IMG/VR virus record: IMGVR_UViG_3300046171_000110
Coordinates: 26,794 to 90,793 of that record
DNA from: a virus
DNA length: 64,000 nt
Strand: one strand, 5' to 3'
How positions within the stretch are numbered: position 1 is the first letter of the stretch; every line of letters starts with the position of its first letter. The notes under the pieces were generated by a model. That model saw only the letters and a program-made list of their open reading frames with translations. It had not been told where the DNA came from and searched no databases. Positions 21,601 through 32,118 of this stretch are shown here, piece by piece. The translations under genes were made by a program, and so were the position numbers.

Positions 21601-24600
21601 AGTATTTATTCCGTCAGTGTAATCTATTCCTGTGACTTTGTTATTAGCAGTCTTTGTCATATCGAATGTCAACAGAGCATCTTGGTTAAAGAAAGGTGGA
21701 TTATTCTGTCCTCGATGTTGGTCGAGATAAGGTGTACCGGGGAACATTGCCAACATAGCATTGGTATCTAACAATGCGTAAGAGCCAGCCACTTCTCCTA
21801 TATTCTGCATACCTGCGCTACCTGTCGGTCCAGAAGAATACGGATGCGTGTAGAACTCACTGTAATCATTTTGAGTTCCGTCGTTAATATCTACAACAGC
21901 ACCGCTGAATCCGCCGCCGAAGTAAAGCGGTACCCAGTGGTCAGGGCTGTCTCTACCGCCACGGAAATAAAGGAAAGGACTGGCTTTCTTACTACCTGCT
22001 CTTCTAACACCATCTATTTCCTTACCATACCCGTTGCTACTGTAAGACTTGAATATAACATCATGGTTGTTAGGAGAAAAGTTTGCAGACTTAGCGATGA
22101 TGTTTACATGAGTAACGCTAGATGTACCCGGCTTGCTTCTAACCTCAGCCCAATCAGTAGTACTATACCAAATCAAAAATGGTTGACCCCAACTGTTAGC
22201 GGCGTTAGATGCTAACTTACCAAACAAAGCCCAAGACTCATTACTAGCAGCATGGACCTCAGTAGAAGTAACATTGTGTATTTCGAGACAAGGAGCATCT
22301 ACTCTCGGAATGATATGGTCACCTGCTACATCGGTGAAGTTTTCTCCTCTGAGATTTCTTTGCCAAGTAGTAATATCGACCATGTTGTTTTGACTGTCAA
22401 CTAATATAGGAGTAGCAGTGTTAGCATTAGAGCCTCGGTATTTAGTAGTGATATGTAGCACAGTGCTAGGGATGTAACCGATGTCTAGTCTTGTACCTGC
22501 ATCTATTTCGCCTGTGCTCAGACCACCAGTGTGCTTACTCGATACAACTGAATCAGTAGAAGCACCTTCCAACAATCCCCAGTCTTTGCTTCTTGTCACC
22601 TCGAACAATTTACTCAAGGCCACCTTTCTGTCTGCTCTGGTATGAATTCTAATAGCGGTAGGACTTACTCCCCATTCGCCTAAAGTTTGCCCGTCTGGTG
22701 CGAACATGTTAGTACAATCGAAACTCGTAACATCCAATCCTTTTAATCCTGAATCAGGCATATTGATGGCATATTCGACTGCTGCGGCAATCACTTCGTC
22801 GGTCAGCAAAGAAGTAAAGTTGAGTCTAGGACTCATAAACCAATCACCGTTAGTATGACTGCTAGAGCCACCAATGACTCCAAAGAACTTGTGAGTACCA
22901 CTGTAATCGTTGTGCGTTCTACTAGTATAGTAGAAATTCAGACCTTGGTGGTCATTCGTAGTATCTGTACCGTGTTTAGAAAGTTGGAACATGCCGCTTT
23001 CTGGGAATCCAAGATAACCCAGTATGTCAGGGTGAGTTTGCATTACTGCTGGTGCACTTGTGTCGTAAGGGGCATCTAGTACCACGGTCATCGTACCGCT
23101 TGAGTAAGATGTAGCAACCTCTACTCCGACAATTGGGGCAGGGTAATTGTTCCAAAGATTACCTTTTAATTTCTTGGGCGCTCCACCTGTCTTTTCTCCA
23201 CACACCTCACCAGTACCGACCATATGCCTACCGATAGTAAAACCACCCTGACCTACATCTCTATCATCAAAATGGATGATGACTTCTTCATCAAGTGTAG
23301 CAGGCAAGTATGTATTGTCGTTAGCAAAACTTTGGCCAAACTGTCTGTAAACCATTCTAATTGTATGATTGTCTCCTCGGTGGTCGACGAACCTAAAGCC
23401 GTAAAGTGGATTGTTACCTATGTTTTCTTTCTTCATATCTACTTTTGGAATATAGCCGTCGTTACTACCATCAGTAGTGACTGTCATAGCATCTGATACA
23501 TTTGATGGGTTACCGTATTTAGATAGGAAATGATTTTGAGTACCATCATTATCAAAGCCCCACTTACTTACATCAGGTGCCCAACCGGGTACTCCTGCTT
23601 GGGTCAAGCCACCAAAGTTAATTCTAGCCTTGGCTCTTGTACCTATCCTGAGTCCGTCTACTAAAGTAGAAGCAGGACTCTTGGTTTCAAACGATTCATT
23701 GAGTAAAGTATTACTATTCCTTCCGCTGACAACTTCTGTATTAGCAGACACTAATGCGCCTGCACTATCAGTTCTATCTGGTCCGAAATTCAAGTTGTTC
23801 AAGAATGGGTCACTAGGATTTTCTGGAGGTAAATGCTCTTTCAATGTCGTGATAGGCGCAAACGGTCTACCGAATCTGTTGATAGGCATAGGCGCAGGAT
23901 GCATATTCTCTCCAGTCATCTCATCGGGCTGGCACCAATAGTTTCTGAAACGGCCACCGTGACCTATCAAAAACTGTGGTCTGTAAGGACTCTGTGCTTT
24001 ACTACTGTCTAACCAAGTACAGAAATTACGACCAGCGGCACCCGGAATAGTAGAGTGTATTACTATAGAAAAGCCCGGATTATCTTCTGAGTCAAGAACG
24101 ACTCTTCCAAGATGGGCACGAACATATCCCATGTGAGTACCACGGTCATGGCTTGAAAACGCTTTACTTGGGTCCCAGAAAGGCGCAGGGTCGTGTGTTG
24201 AAGCAGTAGCAGCGAAATCAGCATGAAGGTGAGTGGCCGCTGGGTCAATGTTCGTACTATAAGCATTTGACTTAGGTCCGGGGCTAGATAAGTCAAACTT
24301 AGAACTGTCACCTAAGAATTGGTCATTTGGTCTACGAGCGTGCGTCTTACCGTTTTTGGCACCGGCTTGGTTGATTAGTCTAACCACTTCTCTAGCAGCA
24401 GACTCTATGTTAGTCACACCGTCTTTAAGGCGTACTTCTCCTAAATCTAGGGTTAATCTTCTGACGAAATCCATATCAGTCCATTGGTCTAAATACTGCA
24501 ATCTCGCCTCAGTATGTGAAGTTAAATCTAATACTGAGTTCCTAATACCTTTCATGGCTAAGAAAGCAGGTATGACTCTAGTACCGTCTGGGGTATCAAA

Positions 24601-27600
24601 GAAAGTAGAAGATTCTCTACTTGTGTCATCAATCACTTGATGTTGGATTAATGCTTCGTTTGCTGAGGCTACTGCTGGATTAGTTCTACTGCTATAACTG
24701 TCTTTGTCTATATTTGTTAGCCCACCAACATTATGCTCCGATATTGCACCAGAGTAACTTTCATTCCAATCAGATGCGTGAGCGTAACTTGCCTCGATAA
24801 AATCAGATTTTGTAGTAGTATTCATTCTCTTGTTTTGGCTAGGGAAACCAGCCGCAACATCTAATTGGGTACCTGAATCTGTGACAGTATTCTTTACAAC
24901 TCCTGTTTTGTTAGCATCCTCTTCGCTAATTCTAGCAGCGGCGGGGCTTGATTGAACCTGCATGTGTAAATCTTGGAATGCAATAAATTCACGGTCATGG
25001 CCCACATCGTAAAGTAATATTCTAACAAAATTGTCCGTACACTGGTAAGGGTCTAAGTAAGCAACAACTGGTGCAGTTATTGAAGTTCCTACAACCTCAA
25101 GGTAGTTCAATTCGATTGTTTTGTTAATGTGCTGTACTAAGTTCTGAGCCGTTTCTATACAACTATTTCCGATGAGGAAGTTTTCTAATGGAATACTATC
25201 CCTTGGGTTAGCATCTACTTCCCCTACTCCGCCGTTAAAGCCTTTCCAAACCTCTGCTTCGTTAAGCGTTCCTCTACTCTTACAGAACAGACCTTCAACT
25301 GCGTGAGGATTGGTGTAGTGCATGTTCATCCATATTGTATCACTTTGTCTAATTCCACCCGGACAGTAAGGATGTGCCCAAGCCCTGTTTAGGAATGTCT
25401 CTTTGACTTTTGGCCAAGTGCTTGCAGAAGTAGCGTACAAGTCTTCAACATATATTTCGTCACCTGCCGAAGGAGTAAAACCAGTATCAGGGCTGGTAAT
25501 AGTTAATGTGTTTCCTGACCTATTATTGTAAAACCCTCTCTTCACATTTCCACTAGAATCTACCCAAGCAACTCTAAAATTATAATCGCTGTCAGGACTT
25601 TTGATAGGGAAAAGGCTGGCATCGTCTAGTTTGATAGAAGTAGCAGGACTTCCAACAACCAAAACCGCCTTTGCTCTAGGTCGCTTACTGATAATCTTTG
25701 GTAAATGGGGATTGGTAGAGGGGCCAGCCCTTAACTCGATAGCACTGACATATTGCTTCATCCCGTAGTCAGCGTTACCACCTTGTGTTGTAACATTAGA
25801 ACGGTCATAGTAAAACGACCTTCTTCTTTCGTAACCAGCACTAATCAAACTTGGATTGTCAGCAATACTGTTGTAATTCATATCCTGATAACCCGGAGCA
25901 GGAGTAATGTGTGCTCCAACTCTGATGTCTCGCAAGAAGTTTTCACTGAGATGCGTGGTCGTCTCCCGAATCGACTACGGTAAGATAGTGGTCGGAGGTG
26001 TTTCTAGCGCTGTAAGTAAACCATTCTCCGTTAGGCAAAAATGCTCTTCGGTATCTAGCCTGCCCACCTAGATTAGCAACTTCTGTAGGAGGCGCTGTTG
26101 GTATAGGAAAGATATTAGCGTCTTCTACATAGACACGATAATTACTTGAATCGTAAGGTCTGGTTACCTTGGTACCACTACGGTGCGTACCTCTTTGGAT
26201 AGTGTAAGAAAACGGACCAAAAATCTCAGGGTCTTGAGGAGAGATAGCATCTGCTCTTCTACGACTGGATTAGGGTTCCAAGAATGCGCTGTATGAGTAG
26301 CGTCTATGTGCAACTTCATACTGTTATCAGGGCCGGGGAAAATACCCTTGTCTGGATTGTCAAAGAAGAACTCCTCGAATAGAGGTATTTCAACAAGCGC
26401 ACGAGTGCTTGCGTACTGACTACCTAACTGGTAATCGTGCTGAACTGTGTCTAGGCTCTGGAACAATCTGTCGTTGATTGTTGTCCCGTCATTACACATT
26501 GGACTCTTCGCTAAACTTATCATCGACATGCAGTACGCTAGTCTCATCTATTCCAGTAGCAGTAACCCAAGCGTTGAATGAATCCGCTTCTGAGCCATCC
26601 GCTAGTACAAATGTACCTGAACCTACAAGTCCAGTACTGTTACTGAATGAAAATAAAGTACCTGCCTTACTGGTATATTCAGCACTGGCAAACTGCTTTT
26701 GTTCTCCTTGGTTACCTGATAATTCAAGATAAACTCTTCCTGTAGCAGGGAAACAATAAGTTCCCCAAGATTGTAAATCGTCAGCATTGTTGTTCAAAGG
26801 TAGCACTGATATCTGTCTCTTTGTACCTATACTGATAGTAGCATTGACTTTGGCTTGACAGTCTCTACGAGTGTTCCAAGCCAATCTGCTGAGTGGGGCT
26901 GGGTCCCAAGTCTCCTTTGTGTTGACTGCTCCTTGACCTCCACCGCCAAGAGTCATTGTCACTACCGGGGCACCCGCATGATTTCTTTGACAATGTGAGA
27001 ATCTGGGACTGGCTGAGCCTTTGACACTAACAGTTGAGGATGCTATATCGCTTATCAAACCGTGTGCCCTAAGTACAGTGTTACCATCGCTGTCATCTCC
27101 AAAAGAAAGCACTCTTGCTCTCGACATAAGGTGTTCAATACTGATGACATTACCCAAACCCGCATCAGTCACTACCTTTGATAACTGAGCAAAACGGTTC
27201 CTATCACAAGGCTGTATGACTAAACTAGTAACATTATTTCCTTGACTTATGCTCTATAATGTCGAAATACTCATGTACGATTGTACTTTGATTAGTGCTA
27301 CCTCTACCTGCTGATTGAGGCTCTATGAATAACTCATCATCATTAACAACCGCAGCATTGGTTCCTGCACCTATGGTAATGCTGTTGGTAGTGACGGCTG
27401 TAACTGTACCTAAATTTGTTCCGTCTGCTTTGTAAATGATGTTGTCTACCGCAACTAATTGATTAGCAGTTCCTCCATCAACTGACATAGCGCCAGTAGT
27501 AGAACTAACATAGCCACCTGAATTATTTATTTTCAAACCTATACGGTTTCTTCTACCATTGGAAGGGTCTCTGAACTTAACGCCAGCAACTTCTGAAAAA

Positions 27601-30107
27601 TCATTTGAGCCGACTAGATTAGCCTTCACGAGTACTTTGTGGAAAGTAGAAGAGCGAGATGCTAGTTCAGGCCTAGCCACTCTTATCGCTTGAGGAGTAG
27701 TTTGAGGGCTGTCAGTACTGGTGTTAGGTAGATAATTAGTCGGACAAAGGCTGAAGTCTAGTTGGTCTTCACCTACATTACCTTCTGAGTCTTCGCCCTC
27801 TAAGTCACCGTCATTGAAACCAAACATGTCAGGAGTATCGAAAGTAACCAATCCTCCCGGCGCAACTATACCTAATGGTCTGACTGCAATTGAATCCCTT
27901 ATCAAATCAATAATACGGGTAGAGCCAACAACTGTGCTTACATCAGGTAAGGTTTTACTTACTAACAACTTAGGAGAGCCATCTGTCATTTTGACTATAG
28001 CATTATTAATAGCGGCAGTATTGAAACTGCTGTTGGTTGGCGTTGCTGAAAATACAATTGTTTTCGCAGTGTGGTCTATCTTAGCAGTTTGGTTGGTAAC
28101 TGATGAGAAAGGACTGTGACCGTCAATTGATATTCTGTGAGCAGGTATGATAGCGCCGTCTACTCCGAAAGACTTGACACTCTGCAAAGTAAGGGTGGCA
28201 GTAGAAATATTGGTAGTTAGCCTAGATGTAGCGCCGACATTAAAATGCTCACCTGTTCTATCAATAGCGTTGTAATGAATCTGTACAAACGGAGCATAGT
28301 CATAATCTTCTAACTCAGGTAAGATTAGTGTCGCTATTCTACTTTCTATAGAAGGAATGACTGACTTGATGTTTGTACTAGAATCTGTAGAAGAAACTGA
28401 TTTGAGTAAGAAAGGTTCGGTATCAAATTCTGGACCACCTATCGCCAACAAACCTCTTTGACTTTCGTCTATATCCGCCATGCCATTTTCTACAAATGTA
28501 GATACTCTTGAGGAAGATACTACATCTTTCAAAGCCATTGGTCCATGTTCGTCAAAACTAGACACTATTGAATTTACAGGAATTATATCTTTGATGTTCC
28601 CAAACTGAGGGATGAATGTAGCACTTACAACATCACTGCCCGCATCTAACTTCTTCTCTACTAAATGCGATTCAGTAGGCGGCAATGCTCCCATAAACGG
28701 ATGACTGCTAACATGATTGAGAATATGTCTACCCGTATGACCTATCAAGAAGTCTTGGCCCATATTTGTAGTACTGGCAGAAAACTGGTTGTATTCATGA
28801 GAGTCTATGGCCATGCTCATAGAGAAAACAATACCGTGGTTTTCAAAGTCACTTTCATCAATTATAACTTGCCCTTGTCTTTGTGAAAACTGAGTGCCAC
28901 TACCTTGTGGTTGGAATACATTACCATTTCCACCGTCTACTATACAGTCACCCGTAATTACTACGAACTCACCTGCATCGTGAGCCATTAACAGTCCTCT
29001 TCGACCATTGCTAGAAGCAGCGAAATCAAGATGAATAGATTCGACTACTATGTTACCAGTACTACTGTCTATAGAAATTAATCTAACTCTTTCGGGGGCT
29101 TTATTGGTAGGCTTACCCGTCTTTATATCATAGCCTAAAGGATTTATCAATAGGTTGTAAGGCACCTTTGGAATAGATATGTCACTAGTAGAAGTCGCTG
29201 CATATTTTTTAATGGAGTAATTACCGTGATTTGGAACTTGGGTACTAATAGTAAAGTTGACAAAAGTTAACTCGCTTTGTCCAGTTAACTCTTCTATTAA
29301 GGTCGCTGCTGCTGTAGAACCTATAGAAATTGTAGATTGACTAGTACTCGCTGTCAAAGCAGGTGTAGTGACTCTCGTGGCAATAGGGTTGATAGGCTCT
29401 TCAAACCGCCACAAACCAAGAGTACTATCGCTTTTTATTGGAGCAAAATCACTTCGACCTGACGCTTTTGCACCTGCTGACAGATGTATAGTCTCAAGCG
29501 TTCCTCTGAAATCACCACCTCTACCGCCTAGGAACATCTGGCTTTGTTGAGGTACTAATTGATGCTCTTCTTCTAATGTCTGTTGAACTAACAAGTCGCC
29601 ATTAACATGCATACTCAATACCTTTCTATCGAATGTAACAGTGACATTGAGTAGTTCTCTTGTGCCGTCAGTAAAGGCACTGACATCGTTACTGTCTTCA
29701 TCCGAGCCTAGATTAGAGCCTGTGATTACTGAATTGACTGACGGGAATAGAATACCATCCCAGTAAGCCAAATCACCATTCGCTTTGTTGACAGGCTTGG
29801 CACTAGTCAAAGTGTATACTGAGTCTCTACCAGTGTTCTTGTTCTGTAATCTGATTTCAAAAGTAGCAGGTGCAGGGCTACTTGGTGCACCTACGCTCAG
29901 CCTCATTACATTGTCTTGCTCAAATATTGTACCGCCACAGTCGGGTACGAACCATGTTTCCAAAGTAAATGAATTCATTGTAGTCGGCAACCGCTTGCGC
30001 TCAACAGTCTGCTTGCCGTGTAAGTTAGTGTTGTTAGTCGGTACGAGAACGCTGTCGCTGATACCGTTGAATCTCATACCATATCCTGCATTTATTAGTA
30101 AACTCAT
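12700..30107 (-). CDS. Giant tail/adhesin protein (~5,800 aa) with LamG domains and a beta-propeller; interrupted by four single-base frameshifts (~27240, ~26500, ~26262, ~25950)
   Basis: ORFs 27234-30116, 26492-27172, 26164-26547 and 12700-25935 join into one reading by manual frame correction (+1,+1,-1,+1). N-terminal LamG (FTLETWF..LGLWRFEE), second LamG ~13285-13990, propeller ~15580-16500. Confidence 0.75.
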
Positions 30108-30108
30108 A

Positions 30109-32109
30109 TCATACACCTATCACATAGTCGGAAGCCATTAATTCGAGATTGAATGCGTAGTAGTTGTTCCCAGCATCATAACGCACATGAAGTTTCTCCG
30201 GTATAATCCTCATACCACCATCGTTACCTCTTGCAGGTTGGTCTGTGAGAGTGACCCACATTTGCTGACCTGCTCCTACTAAGAAGCCAAACACTGCTTC
30301 TATTTCATTTGGTATAATGGGCTCAATAAATTTGTCATACCAATTATCAGGACTTTCATCGCCCGCACCACCATCGCTCATACCCAGTAGTAAATTCTGC
30401 ATAGGTTTGTTAGCAGACCTGTTATTACCCTCTGAGCCCTTGAGATTGGTTTCTATCTCACCAAAGGTCAAGAAGAAATTTCTAGCAACGCCCGTTACAC
30501 CGGAACTCTGCACTAAACTGTCGTAAGGTATCTGTATACCACGAAGCAAATCTGCGTTCCTATTTGAGTTAGAAACCAAACCAACCAAATCTTGTACTTT
30601 GTCACCTGCTGACTTTCTTGACTCAGTAGGCATAGAGTTGGGGGAATGATATTCTACTCCAGTAAATAAATCAGTCAGACCGGGGCTTAGCAGATGAGGA
30701 TGTTGAATAGATAGATTAGGAATATAGTTTTGTTCAAAGAGTAAAAGAACACCCTCTTGTCTTACCGTAAACGCTGATGCCAAGGTTTTATCGCCACTAG
30801 GATTAAACCCTGTTGTTACAGCATCTACCACATTTCCTGATATTTCAAAAGCCTCTTTGATTAAAGTCGCCATTGCTAACGCGGGGTTATTAGCCTCACC
30901 TATATTTTGGATAGGTACGCTAATAACAGCATCGAAATCAGCCACATTGTTAGATGTACCTAGTCTGACTAGACCAGCGTCTCTTAATTTTACAGGATTA
31001 GTCCCACTTGAAACAGTAACTCCAAAATTAGAAAGTCCTGACCATTCGCTATCCACATCAAATTGTAACCTTACACCTGCTCTAGGTATACTGGTAGTAT
31101 TGGTGTTGGTATTGACCAAATCTAAATTAGACCCTATGGCCATAGAACTGTCCCACAACAATCCTGTTATTGGAGGGTTCTCAAGCCAATAACTAGGAAT
31201 CAACTTTATTGTTTGAAATTTAAACATAGACTCTAGGCTTGGTTGATTGTTTACAAATATGCGGCGACCAGACAAAACCTCTGCATCGTTGGCAGCAGTT
31301 AATCCCATGGTAAAAACAGCAGGGTCTCCGTCAACAATAGTAGGGTCATCAATTATGTAGTCTACAAATCCGATACTTTCACCAATGTGATTGAATGCTC
31401 TCAAAGAATAATATATCCTGTCGTTTGTTGCAAGAGCCGTTGCTATATTAGTATCGAATGTTATGTTATTACCAGAAACTGACTGAACGGTTCCTATGAG
31501 AGAGCCGTCTTCCTTAACTAATCTATCACCTGTATTAATGATAACATCAGCGGGTATATTAGTTATAAAGGGTATAGAAAATATAAAACTCACAGTAATA
31601 GTGCTGGCAGAAGTGGCATAGTTAGTACTTGATTTGAACTGCGTAAACGGTCTGACATTTATTTCCTCAGTGTCACTACTCGCTTCTTCGTAATGTGACC
31701 CTACTGGTGCTCTAATAGTAATAGTACTACTTTGACCTTTAAATACATCATTTACTGGTAACCAAGTATCTTCTGATATAACGGAGCCGCCAATGAATGG
31801 GCGTGAAGGAAAGTGAAAAGAGTTTTTTCGAGTAGGTAATATTGCTCCAAAATTGATTGCGCTTCTCATTGGCCGATTGTCAAAATTAACACTACCGCCA
31901 TTAGTGTTGAGACCTTCATCATCTACAAATATACCGTTGATATCTATCTTAATGGATGGCACATTCGTGTCTACAGCAAATCTTTGTAAGAAATTATTAG
32001 GTGTAGGGAAAGCGCTGACATTTCTATTGATTGACATGTCTATGCTTTGTGCGACCAAATCAATCTGGTCGTGTGCATTTGCTAGTGTAAGTCTGATTGG
32101 TATAGCCAT
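30109..32109 (-). CDS. Putative distal-tail (Dit-like) protein, paralog B
   Basis: Shares IPIRL..SID..I.GIFVDD, KSAGDKVQDL, RGIQIPY and RNFFLT with the upstream paralog; GAGGTGA RBS. Confidence 0.6.
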   Translation of the reverse strand: MAIPIRLTLANAHDQIDLVAQSIDMSINRNVSAFPTPNNFLQRFAVDTNVPSIKIDINGIFVDDEGLNTNGGSVNFDNRPMRSAINFGAILPTRKNSFHFPSRPFIGGSVISEDTWLPVNDVFKGQSSTITIRAPVGSHYEEASSDTEEINVRPFTQFKSSTNYATSASTITVSFIFSIPFITNIPADVIINTGDRLVKEDGSLIGTVQSVSGNNITFDTNIATALATNDRIYYSLRAFNHIGESIGFVDYIIDDPTIVDGDPAVFTMGLTAANDAEVLSGRRIFVNNQPSLESMFKFQTIKLIPSYWLENPPITGLLWDSSMAIGSNLDLVNTNTNTTSIPRAGVRLQFDVDSEWSGLSNFGVTVSSGTNPVKLRDAGLVRLGTSNNVADFDAVISVPIQNIGEANNPALAMATLIKEAFEISGNVVDAVTTGFNPSGDKTLASAFTVRQEGVLLLFEQNYIPNLSIQHPHLLSPGLTDLFTGVEYHSPNSMPTESRKSAGDKVQDLVGLVSNSNRNADLLRGIQIPYDSLVQSSGVTGVARNFFLTFGEIETNLKGSEGNNRSANKPMQNLLLGMSDGGAGDESPDNWYDKFIEPIIPNEIEAVFGFLVGAGQQMWVTLTDQPARGNDGGMRIIPEKLHVRYDAGNNYYAFNLELMASDYVIGV

Positions 32110-32118
32110 TTTATCACC

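Noticed and set aside
25935-27245. Programmed frameshifting or separate genes in the giant tail locus
   Set aside because: Four indels of mixed sign within 1.3 kb, no slippery heptamers and no RBS for the internal starts; consensus error is more likely.
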